Source of the DNA: a virus
Lineage: Duplodnaviria; Caudoviricetes
Reading direction: 5' to 3' (one strand)
IMG/VR virus record: IMGVR_UViG_3300035670_000226
Location: 1-60,246 of that record
DNA: 60,246 nucleotides
The translations under genes were made by a program, and so were the position numbers. Position 1 is the stretch's first letter. Every line of letters starts with the position of its first letter. The notes beneath the pieces are model-generated. The model had not been told where the DNA came from. It saw only the letters and a list, made by a program, of their open reading frames with translations, and searched no databases. Positions 24,885 to 34,567 of this stretch are shown here, piece after piece.

Positions 24885-25194
24885 GCTACTGCCAGCCAAT
24901 CAGCAAGGCTAAGCAAGCGAGTGACCAGACTACCAAGGCACCCCCCCAGATGTTATCAAGTAATAAGCTGGCATAGGCGAAAGCACCCCCCTTGCTCATC
25001 TATCCCCCATAGAGTCTATGCGAGCCTGTGGCTTGATAAAGCCTGGCAAGAGAGTATCTATCTCTATGTATGTATCTCTCTCTATCAGTAACACACTAAA
25101 GACCTCCTCTTGAGAGTTCACTCAAGGGGGAGAACCCCCTTAGACCCCCCGTAGCGGGGGCGTTCTAAGGAAAGCCCTAACGAAAGGAAGAAAG

Positions 25195-25413
25195 ATGGGC
25201 AGGAAGAACAAGAACGCAAGCAAGCGTTCTATCCAAGTCACGAAAGTGATTACGCCACACCAGCTAAAGCGAGAAGCCGAAAGAGCACGGCACTTGCTTC
25301 AGGGTATAGAAGAGCCCTATGCCCACCGCACTAGAGAAGAGTTTACTCACAAGGTAAGTGCTTCTCTCTCCGAAGATGTACAAGCCGAACTGATGGCTAT
25401 CTTCCAGAAGTAG
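25195..25413 (+). CDS. Hypothetical early protein
   Basis: GAAAGGAA SD. Confidence 0.65.
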   Translation: MGRKNKNASKRSIQVTKVITPHQLKREAERARHLLQGIEEPYAHRTREEFTHKVSASLSEDVQAELMAIFQK

Positions 25414-25465
25414 AGCCTCAGGGGGGCGAAAGCCCCCCTGTAACCCCCCGTAGAAAGGAACAGCA

Positions 25466-25651
25466 GTGAACAAAAAGTTCAACATTGACTTCGAAGCGTG
25501 GTCGCTTGTCGAAGCCAAAGACCAAGACGAAGCCGAAGCCATCGCACGAAAGATTGTTAGCATCTGTGACAATGCTTTGACTGACGAAGGCTATTCGATG
25601 AGCATGGTTGTCGTTGATGACGGCATTACCGAAGCAGATGAGGAGAACTAA
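25466..25651 (+). CDS. Small acidic protein, VEA-motif family
   Basis: VEAKDQDEAEAIA; AGAAAGGAA SD. Confidence 0.65.
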   Translation: MNKKFNIDFEAWSLVEAKDQDEAEAIARKIVSICDNALTDEGYSMSMVVVDDGITEADEEN

Positions 25652-25833
25652 TGCCTAAGTATGTAATCAAAGCCAAGAGAACACATTGGTATGAAACAAC
25701 CGTTGAAGCAGACGGGGAGATTGAAGCCGCTGACCAAGTGAGAGATTGGTTAGCGGACGATTGGGAAGAAGGAAACTTTGAAGTCCAAGCACAATGGGAC
25801 TTCGATGCCATCAAAGTAGAGGAGGGTAACTAA
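25651..25833 (+). CDS. Small acidic protein, VEA-motif (DpnD/PcfM-like)
   Basis: KYVI...TTVEADGEIEA; TAATG coupling. Confidence 0.65.
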   Translation: MPKYVIKAKRTHWYETTVEADGEIEAADQVRDWLADDWEEGNFEVQAQWDFDAIKVEEGN

Positions 25834-26018
25834 TGGCATACAAGTTGTTTTACATCGACAGCAAAGGTGACAAGCGTTACCTACACAGCACAGAAACAGG
25901 CAAGGTGTGGGAAACAGACAGCAAAGCCGTAGCCCTCAAGATGCGATGGGCAGAATGGCAACAAGGTGGGTTGCTCACCATTGAAAGCACAGACACACGA
26001 CCAAAGGAGGATAACTAA
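25833..26018 (+). CDS. Hypothetical early protein
   Basis: TAATG coupling, GGAGG SD. Confidence 0.65.
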   Translation: MAYKLFYIDSKGDKRYLHSTETGKVWETDSKAVALKMRWAEWQQGGLLTIESTDTRPKEDN

Positions 26019-26224
26019 TGGGTAGAGAAGTTCACTTTGTTATCGCAGTAGATGTAGATACTAAGCAGGTCTACATAGATGACGATACATACTCAGCCAA
26101 GTTTGATTACGAACAAGGCTATTACGACACCGACAAAGAGCAATGGTTTGAAGATGAAGACCGCACCTTGTATGACCTAGCACTAGGCATACTCAACAAC
26201 AAAGCACAACTAGAAAGGGAATAA
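26018..26224 (+). CDS. Acidic hypothetical early protein
   Basis: TAATG coupling, AGGAGG SD. Confidence 0.65.
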   Translation: MGREVHFVIAVDVDTKQVYIDDDTYSAKFDYEQGYYDTDKEQWFEDEDRTLYDLALGILNNKAQLERE

Positions 26225-26227
26225 CAA

Positions 26228-26503
26228 ATGGCTAGATTCGCCGTTGATGTTGTCTTTACATACAAAGCAACATTCTTAGTAGAAGCAGACAGCCACCACA
26301 ATGCCAAAGTTATTGTGGCTGATAGCCCAAACTTGCACCCCAAGTTGTGGCACGGGAAAGAAGTGTTCCCTGCTAACACAGAGCGTGACAATGGTTGGTC
26401 ACGAATAACAATTGGTGAGTCTGAGGTGCTTGACAAAGCACAAGCATCTGCCACCAAGCCAAGAGCAAACTTCCCCGACTACGGGGATGACGGGGAGGAG
26501 TAG
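26228..26503 (+). CDS. Hypothetical protein, VEA-motif family
   Basis: FLVEADSHHNAK. Confidence 0.6.
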   Translation: MARFAVDVVFTYKATFLVEADSHHNAKVIVADSPNLHPKLWHGKEVFPANTERDNGWSRITIGESEVLDKAQASATKPRANFPDYGDDGEE

Positions 26504-26505
26504 AG

Positions 26506-26802
26506 ATGCCTAGTAAGAAGTATTGGAAGATGCTAGACACTGACCACCCTGCTTGTGTGAAGAACACAGCCGCTCTAGCCAGCCTGTCCACTAACTATGA
26601 CTTTCCTTCACCATTCAGTCTGTTCCTAGACCTGATTGGTTGGAGCGAAGACAACCTCGGTGAGAGGTTGTATCAACTAGATAGTCTGCACCTTGACTAC
26701 CTAGCTGGAAGCTACCTCGGTAGTGCTCTGTCTGAGTATTCAGACAAGCCTGACGAGGTTACAGCTTGGGTCACCAAGCTGTGTGCAGAAGAAACAAAAT
26801 AA
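26506..26802 (+). CDS. Hypothetical early protein
   Basis: GGAGGAG SD. Confidence 0.6.
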   Translation: MPSKKYWKMLDTDHPACVKNTAALASLSTNYDFPSPFSLFLDLIGWSEDNLGERLYQLDSLHLDYLAGSYLGSALSEYSDKPDEVTAWVTKLCAEETK

Positions 26803-26824
26803 CAACTGTTCTAAGGAGGACACA

Positions 26825-28591
26825 ATGAGCACAACGCTGCTCACCAAGAGCGACATAATCTTGTCGACTCACGCATCAAGTTACATCCGTATGCAACTTG
26901 ACGGCCACAGGCGTTACCCTGGTGCTGTCTCTGTGTACGGAGATGACCCTGTAGACCTTGACAAGGTTCACAGCGACCCTAACGAGGCTAAGGACTACGA
27001 CAGCCTTGTGCAGACCACTCGTTGGCTTCTCAAGTCTTTCGAGCACGCCGAGCACATCATTAGGAACAAGCACAAGTTCATTGCCCTAGCTGAAGCTAAT
27101 GACGACAGCGTGTCAGTGACCTTCAAGCACGCAGGCATTGTTTCTGTGTGGGATTCAATGCGAGGTACTGATAGCAGGTTGCTCAACATCAGAGCATCTG
27201 CAGTTGGTAAGCTGCTTGAGCCTTACGCAGCTCTGTTGTCATCCGACCACCCCACTGCAATTAGGTACAAAGACTGGGGCTCAAGCGTGTGGGTGTTCAA
27301 CAACCCCAAGCTTCAGCAGAGCTATGTAGGTGACGCACACACACCTACACTGCAACGAGCACTGTGGCTTAGTAAGCGTAACAACTTACTCAACATGCTA
27401 GGCAGTGGTCAGCGTTACGAGACCAAGCGTGACCTAATGGTTGATGACACTCCTCGTATTGCTTTACTTGTACAGCCTGACCACCAGAGCTCAATCACAG
27501 TGAGTGACTTCCGCAAGTTAGCAACAGCAATGGATAGACACGCCAACCACAAGCCGTCTATCTATGACTTGCAGTCCATTCGCTCTGACCTACTCGGTGA
27601 GCAGGTAGCCCTACAACGACACGAGAGTGTTCAGCGTCAGGTCATTGCTCGTGAGAACTTCACCAAGTATTGGGACACACTCAAGCGGGCTATCCGTGAT
27701 GAGGCACCATCGCTTGTGGATGCAGAGCTACAGTGGAGAGAGATACCACTGCACCCAGCAGACACACCAAGCTCACGCACTTGGGGCATTGAGGTCGAGA
27801 CTGTTCGTGCTCACTTGGTTAACCGACCTGCTGGTTGGGACTCACGCTACGATGGCTCACTTCCTGATGAAGGTGGTAGCAGTTGTAACTGTGACTGTGA
27901 CAGCTGCTATGATGGTGACCACTGCAATGACAGAGGCAGTGACTGCTACGACGACAACGATGAGGACATCGAGTCGAGAGAGTTCGTCTCTCCTGTCCTT
28001 GAGAGCTTCAACTCTCGTGGTCTTCGTTCTATCTGTGACGAGCTACCTACCAGAGAGGAACGCACTGAGCCTGGCATCCATGTCCATGTCGGTGCCCGTG
28101 ACTTGACGATAGCAGATGTTGGTAGACTGCTAGTTGCTTACAGCGTAGCTGCACCAATCATCATGCCTCTCTACCACCGAGAGGTATACGGATACTGCAA
28201 GGAGACAGGCACTAGCACCATTCAGTCCTGGCTCAGTGCAGCTCGTAGGTATCTCAAGGAGCAGGGCAGACTGCCTCAGCCTGTAGAAATCTACAGCTCA
28301 CTAAGCAGTGACCGCTACCAAGATGTCAATGTCACAGCACTTGATAGGCACGGCACCATTGAGTTCCGTGCTATGGGTCCTTACTATGACTACGACCACC
28401 TAGTCCGTTGGGCTTGGTTCTGTCGTGAGATGGTCAATGTATCCAAGCTTGGTCTACCTCAGCAGGTATGGACACGGTGCAAGTCTGTACGAGATGTAGT
28501 CACCGTGCTTCGCAAGTACGGTTCAGAGTCACCGTTTGACAAGGACTTCTTGGCAATCGACACAGCATCACTCGTCTTACAAGACGACTAA
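26825..28591 (+). CDS. Putative amidoligase (COOH-NH2 ligase, glutamine-synthetase-like fold)
   Basis: TWGIEVE, EFVSPVL, GIHVHVGA, RYQDVN, GTIEFR; start at MSTT with AAGGAGG SD. Confidence 0.85.
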   Translation: MSTTLLTKSDIILSTHASSYIRMQLDGHRRYPGAVSVYGDDPVDLDKVHSDPNEAKDYDSLVQTTRWLLKSFEHAEHIIRNKHKFIALAEANDDSVSVTFKHAGIVSVWDSMRGTDSRLLNIRASAVGKLLEPYAALLSSDHPTAIRYKDWGSSVWVFNNPKLQQSYVGDAHTPTLQRALWLSKRNNLLNMLGSGQRYETKRDLMVDDTPRIALLVQPDHQSSITVSDFRKLATAMDRHANHKPSIYDLQSIRSDLLGEQVALQRHESVQRQVIARENFTKYWDTLKRAIRDEAPSLVDAELQWREIPLHPADTPSSRTWGIEVETVRAHLVNRPAGWDSRYDGSLPDEGGSSCNCDCDSCYDGDHCNDRGSDCYDDNDEDIESREFVSPVLESFNSRGLRSICDELPTREERTEPGIHVHVGARDLTIADVGRLLVAYSVAAPIIMPLYHREVYGYCKETGTSTIQSWLSAARRYLKEQGRLPQPVEIYSSLSSDRYQDVNVTALDRHGTIEFRAMGPYYDYDHLVRWAWFCREMVNVSKLGLPQQVWTRCKSVRDVVTVLRKYGSESPFDKDFLAIDTASLVLQDD

Positions 28592-28616
28592 CCACTAACG
28601 AATAGGAGAACATACC

Positions 28617-29780
28617 ATGTGTGGTATCGCAGGCTTTAGCCTATCCCCAAACAGCAAGGTCAAGACACGAGAGCTTGCTCATGAACTACTAACATCCATC
28701 GAGGACAGAGGTTACATGGCTTCTGGTTATGCTTACCAAGTCAATGACACGATGGGTTACTTCAAGGCTGCAGTGCCTGGCTCACAGCTACCGCTCAAGC
28801 AGTTGCCTAAGTCAGCACGGCATGTCATCTTGCACACTCGCCTTGCTACTCACGGTGCAGTGACAGACAATCGCAACAACCACCCTGTGTTGTCACCTAG
28901 TCAAGACATTGCTCTAGTACACAACGGTGTCATCTACAACCACCAAGAGGTACGCTTCAAGATTGACGGCGACCTACCTGATGTAGACACCAGCGTTATC
29001 CCTGCTGTCATTGAGCAGCTCGGTGTTGACTCACTAGATGTGCTTGACGGCGATGCAGCTATCGCATGGTTCAACCGCAACGAAGCTAACACCTTGCACC
29101 TTGCTAGGTTCCAGCACTCACCACTTGTCATGTGTCAGATTGAGGATGGCTCGTTCATCTTCGCTAGTACTGAGAAGTTGTTGTGGGAGGTTCTAGTTCA
29201 GCTTGACCTCATGCCTACATGGATGGAGACAGCTAAGGAGCTTGACTACTTCACAATTCGTGATGGCATTGTGCTCTCTAGTAGCAGACTACCTGAGCCT
29301 AAGCACTACAACAACTACTACGACTACAACTACTACCGTCACCAGACTGCTGGTGCTAAAAGTAGCAGTACTACGAGTGGTGCCACCTACAACATCTATG
29401 GCTCTCAGTATGTCGAGGGCTATGGTTGGAGCGAGTGGGATGACTTCGGAGAGGAAGACGACAGATACTTCTACGCTGAGTCATCATCAGACAATGTGAA
29501 TAACAACAGGGTTATCTCTATCCCTGAATACGAGGATGGGTACGAGGACAACATCATTCCCTTCACTAAGCCCGACATCAGTCGTGGCAAGTGGTACACC
29601 CGCATCCTTGAACATGGTGAGGAACAGACCGACCTCTTGGTGTACAACGAGGGACAAGTAGAGCAATGGAAGGATGAGCTGTATCTATTGTCAGATAGCC
29701 GCAGTAACATGACTGTCATTGACTACGGTGTCATCAGACGAGACGGCACTCTAGTGTCTGCTACTGAAGACATCTTCTAA
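28617..29780 (+). CDS. Class II (Ntn) glutamine amidotransferase
   Basis: MCGIAG, RG, LHTRLAT.G, NNHP, LVHNGVI.N, DTS. Confidence 0.9.
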   Translation: MCGIAGFSLSPNSKVKTRELAHELLTSIEDRGYMASGYAYQVNDTMGYFKAAVPGSQLPLKQLPKSARHVILHTRLATHGAVTDNRNNHPVLSPSQDIALVHNGVIYNHQEVRFKIDGDLPDVDTSVIPAVIEQLGVDSLDVLDGDAAIAWFNRNEANTLHLARFQHSPLVMCQIEDGSFIFASTEKLLWEVLVQLDLMPTWMETAKELDYFTIRDGIVLSSSRLPEPKHYNNYYDYNYYRHQTAGAKSSSTTSGATYNIYGSQYVEGYGWSEWDDFGEEDDRYFYAESSSDNVNNNRVISIPEYEDGYEDNIIPFTKPDISRGKWYTRILEHGEEQTDLLVYNEGQVEQWKDELYLLSDSRSNMTVIDYGVIRRDGTLVSATEDIF

Positions 29781-29854
29781 CAGATGTGGTTGGGCTGTCC
29801 CGTGAGGACAGGGGCAGCCCAGCCCAACACAAACAAACACAGAAAGGAACACGC

Positions 29855-30052
29855 ATGGGATACGAACCAGGAGTAATCACACGCATAGCTAATACCTACA
29901 CACTGCTCCAAGATAGAGGGGTCAATGTGTGGTATGGCGAAGCAGGTGACGATACCGAACTAGCCAAGATGACGCTAGACGGCAAGAACTTGCAGGAGCT
30001 TCTTGATTACTGCAAGGAGTATGGATACCTAGATGATGAGGAGGATAACTAA
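29855..30052 (+). CDS. Hypothetical early protein
   Basis: AGAAAGGAA SD before MGYEPG. Confidence 0.6.
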   Translation: MGYEPGVITRIANTYTLLQDRGVNVWYGEAGDDTELAKMTLDGKNLQELLDYCKEYGYLDDEEDN

Positions 30053-30249
30053 TGCCAAGATTTCGAATTGGATACAGCGATGAATCTTATGGCTGGTATT
30101 ACTTTGATGCCGAGAACGCTGAACAAGCTCAGGAGCTAATCTTCTTAGTTGAGGAAGGCGAACTTGATGTAAAGAAACTACCTGCTTTTTCTCACAAGGA
30201 GAACGGCGGTCAACATGAGTGGATTAACCCACTAGAGGAGGTTAGCTAA
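30052..30249 (+). CDS. Hypothetical protein, VEA-motif family
   Basis: YYFDAENAEQAQE; TAATG coupling. Confidence 0.6.
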   Translation: MPRFRIGYSDESYGWYYFDAENAEQAQELIFLVEEGELDVKKLPAFSHKENGGQHEWINPLEEVS

Positions 30250-30349
30250 TGAGTGAGTGTATGCACCCAGAGTTCAGATGGTTGAACTGTGATGAGCATG
30301 GTAAAGACTGCACAGAACAGGTCTGTGTAGATTGTGGAGAGGAGAAATA

Positions 30350-30598
30350 ATGTCAACAGTACCTACGGTCAAAGAGGACCTCAACGCCAAGTACATACAC
30401 AACGAGTATGGGTGGATGGTGGGTAAAACCATCAAAGCAGTTAGACCACTGACTAGAGAAGAAAAAGATAACTACGGGTGGAGCGGTTCAGAAGTTCCGT
30501 TTGTCATTTTCTTTGAGGATAGGTCGTGGGTAATCCCTATGTCTGATGATGAAGGCAATGGGGCTGGAGCACTGGATTACTACAAGAGAGGAATGTAA
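30350..30598 (+). CDS. Hypothetical phage protein
   Basis: GKTIKAVR.L...SDDEGNGAG motif; AGGAGA SD. Confidence 0.65.
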   Translation: MSTVPTVKEDLNAKYIHNEYGWMVGKTIKAVRPLTREEKDNYGWSGSEVPFVIFFEDRSWVIPMSDDEGNGAGALDYYKRGM

Positions 30599-30749
30599 TG
30601 CCAAAAAAACCAATCTGGTTAGATGACTACCAAGCAGAAGTTTTGCTTGGGTATGTAGGTGAACTACTAGACGATAAAAGCAAAGTCCCTGACAATGACA
30701 GGGAAGTGCTAAGTGCTGTATACGAACAACTAATAGAGGAGGAAAAGTA

Positions 30750-31046
30750 ATGGCAATTACAACAAGCGAGAGAGCAGAGCTACGCAATTACCTAGCAGAA
30801 GCTAAAGGTATTGCATGGGATACCTGCCACAAAATCTATGTACTCATGGATGACGAGCAGATGAAACTCATGCATGAGTATGAGTATGACCCACTGATTA
30901 GTTCAGACGAGATGACACCTGCAAAGATGTCAGCAACCATATCCAAGTGGTACAAAGAGTCATGCGGACTCAGATTTGTACAGGCAATCTCTACCTTTGA
31001 TAACGGTGAAGGAGATTACCACGACATAGTTTCACAAAGATACTGA
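30750..31046 (+). CDS. Hypothetical phage protein
   Basis: WDTCHKIY...SCGLRFV; GAGGAGG SD. Confidence 0.65.
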   Translation: MAITTSERAELRNYLAEAKGIAWDTCHKIYVLMDDEQMKLMHEYEYDPLISSDEMTPAKMSATISKWYKESCGLRFVQAISTFDNGEGDYHDIVSQRY

Positions 31047-31265
31047 TAAAAGAAAGGAAACAAAATGCCATACAGTAAAGAAGCACACGACCTACTAGAC
31101 CAAACCTTTGAGGCTCTGAAAACCAAGAAGGGACAGTTTGCTTGGGCGTACATGGTTGGCTTGCTAATGCCTAACGTTTCTCTAGAAGACGCTAAGCGTA
31201 TTGCTGAAATTGTAGAGGGATTAGATAGCGACAAGTAGTCGCTCAATAAAAAGAAAGGAAAACAA

Positions 31266-31757
31266 ATGGGACTAGACATGTATCTAGATGTACGTAAGTT
31301 CATTTCAGTAATCGATTGGAAAAGTGTTCCAAAAGAAGGAGTGCCTGATGGAACGTCTTTCAGTGACTACAAATCAGCTGAGTTCTTGAAGTTAGCAGAG
31401 TTCTTTCCTGAAAGCCTCAAGAAGTATTCTCAGACAGGAAGCTATGCGACACTAAACGTAGGTTACTGGAGAAAAGCGTATCAAATTCATAACTGGTTTG
31501 TGAAGCACGTGCAGAAAGGCAACGACAATTGCGAGCCGTATTGGGTAAGCCGAGACACACTAAAAGAGCTGTTAACTACAGTAGACAAAGTGCTGTCTGG
31601 AAGTAAGCGAACAGCAGAAGAGCTGTTGCCTTCAACTTCCGACTACCACGACTGGTATTACGATGACCTGCGGCACACCAAAGAAATGCTTGAGTCAGTA
31701 TTAGCAGATGTGCCAGAATCATGGGACTACGACTTCTACTACAACTCAAGTTGGTAA
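31266..31757 (+). CDS. Conserved phage protein of unknown function
   Basis: MGLDMYL...YWRKA.QIHNWF...Y.SSW pattern; AGAAAGGAA SD. Confidence 0.75.
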   Translation: MGLDMYLDVRKFISVIDWKSVPKEGVPDGTSFSDYKSAEFLKLAEFFPESLKKYSQTGSYATLNVGYWRKAYQIHNWFVKHVQKGNDNCEPYWVSRDTLKELLTTVDKVLSGSKRTAEELLPSTSDYHDWYYDDLRHTKEMLESVLADVPESWDYDFYYNSSW

Positions 31758-31771
31758 GAAAGGAACAACAA

Positions 31772-31981
31772 ATGAAAACTACTATCAAAGGTAAAACCCC
31801 AAACAATTGGACAGACGGAGATTGGACTGTTCGATTTGTTTATGAGTCCTTCTTCATTGCGGTTAACACAGTAGCAAATAGTGGAGAACAAGCAATCAGG
31901 TATGCCATGAATGAGATACCTGTAATAGAAGCTGAGCCTTTAGAAATAGAGGCTGAGCTTATGGGTACATACAGATACTAG
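31772..31981 (+). CDS. Hypothetical protein, VEA-like motif
   Basis: TVANSGEQAIRYA; AGAAAGGAA SD. Confidence 0.55.
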   Translation: MKTTIKGKTPNNWTDGDWTVRFVYESFFIAVNTVANSGEQAIRYAMNEIPVIEAEPLEIEAELMGTYRY

Positions 31982-31993
31982 AAAGGAAATGCC

Positions 31994-32266
31994 ATGAAAG
32001 ATGATGGTGCAAGAGGTAGAGGAGACGCCAAGTTCTTTTGGAAGAAGACTTGGATGAAAGGGCATGCACTCAATGAGGAACACAAGTACAAGCTAAACGA
32101 GTTAGCAGAAATTCGTGCAAGGTTATTCGATGGCAGAGTTCGGTCGGATGACAAGGTAGACGACATGCTTGCTCGCCAGATGGCGTTGCTTGACATGCTT
32201 TACATTGACGGCGTAGATGTTGAATACAGAAAGGAAGCACCATGTACCACGCAGATGATGAAATGA
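31994..32266 (+). CDS. Hypothetical protein
   Basis: AGAAAGGAA SD. Confidence 0.55.
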   Translation: MKDDGARGRGDAKFFWKKTWMKGHALNEEHKYKLNELAEIRARLFDGRVRSDDKVDDMLARQMALLDMLYIDGVDVEYRKEAPCTTQMMK

Positions 32267-32538
32267 ACGAGCTCTACGAGTTCATGCGAGAAAAGGCTGA
32301 CGCTCGTGAGGAACAAGAAGAGTATGAGGGTGACTCATCCGATACAGAGTCACTAGCAATCGCTAAAAGAATGCACAGAGAGGACTACTAATGAGTACAC
32401 AGCTGACCGAATGGCTGGCAACAATCGCCAGCGCCAACACAAACAAACCCACACTTGACACACATGTGATGGTACGAAAGGATTCTCTTAGCAAGATTAT
32501 CCTGGCCGCATACAAACTAGGAAAGGAAGATGCAGCAA

Positions 32539-32928
32539 ATGAAAACAATAACTGATTGGTCGTATGACCTCAACGTGTTCTCCTCAAACGAAAATGGTGT
32601 TCTTGACACTGTTCAACCCTCAATCTACTTCATGAGGGAGCCTGAAGAACCCTCAATCTTCGAGAAGGTCAGTGACAGGGTATACCTACAATCGTTCAAG
32701 GTGCCTACTAGTGAACGTAAGTCTCTGCGAGTTGCTTTCGATGAAGATGAATGGGGAGATGACTTCTTCCTGAGCTTAGATTGTTTCTACGACGAAATGG
32801 AGAGGTGGGGAGTACCAACGGCGTTCTATAGAATCCTGTCCAACTTACCTGTAATTGGCCACGATTTAGTTCTGTCTGACTTAGAGTACGACAAACACGG
32901 AGAAGTAGTTTGGAACAAAAATGTCTGA
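32539..32928 (+). CDS. Acidic hypothetical protein
   Basis: GAAAGGAA SD. Confidence 0.55.
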   Translation: MKTITDWSYDLNVFSSNENGVLDTVQPSIYFMREPEEPSIFEKVSDRVYLQSFKVPTSERKSLRVAFDEDEWGDDFFLSLDCFYDEMERWGVPTAFYRILSNLPVIGHDLVLSDLEYDKHGEVVWNKNV

Positions 32929-33307
32929 TTCCGATAGTTTTCTAACAGAAGAGGGCATGTTCAAGCTCATTGGGGCACTTACTACTGAAGTGATTAACCA
33001 CGGTCAAAGAGAAGCTGACCTAGTTGGTTTGGATGCTGAAAACCAACTCACGAGCGAGCAAATTGCCATCATCATGAAGACCAACACTCTGCTGTCTACT
33101 TTTGCAGGGGTATTGGTCAAGATTGTTGAACGACAAAACCCTAAGTTTGCTCAGCTTGTACTAGAAGTGTGGACTTCTCCCGCCATTCAAGAGCTAGTGG
33201 AGATTGCCTTTGTAGAAGAAATCAACGGTGCGTTGCTTTTGGTAGAAGAAAGCATCAACAGGTTAGAGCAAGAAATCAACCAGTCAGATAGAAAGGAGAA
33301 CGAATGA
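32921..33307 (+). CDS. Helical hypothetical protein
   Basis: ORF track; overlaps neighbours. Confidence 0.55.
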   Translation: MSDSDSFLTEEGMFKLIGALTTEVINHGQREADLVGLDAENQLTSEQIAIIMKTNTLLSTFAGVLVKIVERQNPKFAQLVLEVWTSPAIQELVEIAFVEEINGALLLVEESINRLEQEINQSDRKENE

Positions 33308-33443
33308 CAATCTACATTTGCGGGTATTGCGAAGAGTTCATTGACGACGAAAAGCAACTTGCGTATTGTCAAGGGTGTAATGACTACAAAGGTCTAATAA
33401 AAGTGGCGGAAACAGACCTAGAGTAAAAAGAAAAGGAGGGCAC

Positions 33444-33713
33444 ATGAGTTACGAAATAGGGCAAGAAATTGCCAATTCCCCTCTCTCGTTAGAGGACAAA
33501 CTATCCTGGCAGCTTACTGCCAATCACTACCCACCAGTTGGAAACGAGTTCATCCCGATTGCTACTTTGGCTATTCTTCATGCCAAAGATAATGATTGGG
33601 ACACAGTTCTAGAGTTTCCTAACGGACTGCAGCGAACCGTATCGTTTGTTGTAGAAGGGCTTCACCTACAACCATTCATCGACGGAATGTCAATTCCAAA
33701 GGAGGACAACTAA
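33444..33713 (+). CDS. Hypothetical phage protein
   Basis: L.ANHYPPV...VEGLHL motif; AGGAGG SD. Confidence 0.65.
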   Translation: MSYEIGQEIANSPLSLEDKLSWQLTANHYPPVGNEFIPIATLAILHAKDNDWDTVLEFPNGLQRTVSFVVEGLHLQPFIDGMSIPKEDN

Positions 33714-33892
33714 TGGCAATCTACGAAGTACACGTTCACACTATCTACAAAGCAGAAGCAAAGTCACCTCAAGAAGCATATAGAAAGATTGACTCTGGGG
33801 CAGAGTTCCCAGTGCTTCCTTATGAAGAAAACACTCACTTTTTAGGCTCAGTGATTCTGGACGTCAAAGAAATGAAAAAGGAGGAATTGTGA
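33713..33892 (+). CDS. 59-aa protein, VEA-motif family (not in ORF track)
   Basis: MAIYEVHVHTIYKAEAKSPQEAYRK; TAATG coupling. Confidence 0.55.
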   Translation: MAIYEVHVHTIYKAEAKSPQEAYRKIDSGAEFPVLPYEENTHFLGSVILDVKEMKKEEL

Positions 33893-34025
33893 GGTACTTG
33901 TGCACTGACTGCAGGGTAGAAACAAGCGAACACCAATGCTACAAGTGTGGTGGTTACAAAGCCATCATGAATGAAGTAGAGGCCCAAGATTATTTGGGGT
34001 ACGACTGGTTTGAGGAGGAACCACA

Positions 34026-34244
34026 ATGAAAAATGCAAAAGACCTTAAACAGCTAATCTTACAGGCAGAGGACCAAGGTTGGCAAATTTTGAAAACTAAC
34101 GGAGACCATCTAAAATGGGTATCACCAACAGGTCTCGTAGTGTTCTCAGGAGCTACGCCGTCTGACCGACGTGCACTCAAGAACATCACACGAGAGTTGA
34201 GGGTCCGAGGTTTCATCGAAATAAAGAAAAAGAATAAGAGGTAA
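34026..34244 (+). CDS. HicA-like mRNA interferase-fold protein
   Basis: L..AE.QGW....NGDHLKW.SPTG...TPSD.RA.KN....LR..G. Confidence 0.65.
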   Translation: MKNAKDLKQLILQAEDQGWQILKTNGDHLKWVSPTGLVVFSGATPSDRRALKNITRELRVRGFIEIKKKNKR

Positions 34245-34246
34245 AA

Positions 34247-34567
34247 ATGGAAAGAAGTCTTGTCAAAGTTACTGATGCTCTGTGTGCTGAGGTAGACCCA
34301 GAGTTATTCTTTGCTCAAGACTCCATGAAGTATGGGGGCACCGCATCGTACATCAACGTCAGGTATGCAAAAATGCTGTGTGCTAGGTGCCCTCTTACTT
34401 ACTCTTGTCTTATGACTGCGGTAAAGAACACTGAGGAGTATGGCATCTGGGGAGGGTCAACTCCTAGCGAGCGCCGTCACATTCACACTAATGCAGACGT
34501 AGTAAAGTTCGTGTCAAAACTCAACGATGAGAACCGAGCTTTGCCTAGGCGCAAAAGAAATAGATAA
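34247..34567 (+). CDS. whiB: WhiB-family Fe-S transcription factor
   Basis: C.EVDPELFF...AK.LC..CP....C...YGIWGG; basic tail RRKRNR. Confidence 0.93.
   Translation: MERSLVKVTDALCAEVDPELFFAQDSMKYGGTASYINVRYAKMLCARCPLTYSCLMTAVKNTEEYGIWGGSTPSERRHIHTNADVVKFVSKLNDENRALPRRKRNR

Noticed and set aside
24870-25091. 73-aa ORF
   Set aside because: Starts within a terminator hairpin and lacks the SD used by neighbouring early genes
27627-28106. 159-aa alternative-frame ORF inside the amidoligase
   Set aside because: No SD; low-complexity product explained by the codon bias of the main frame
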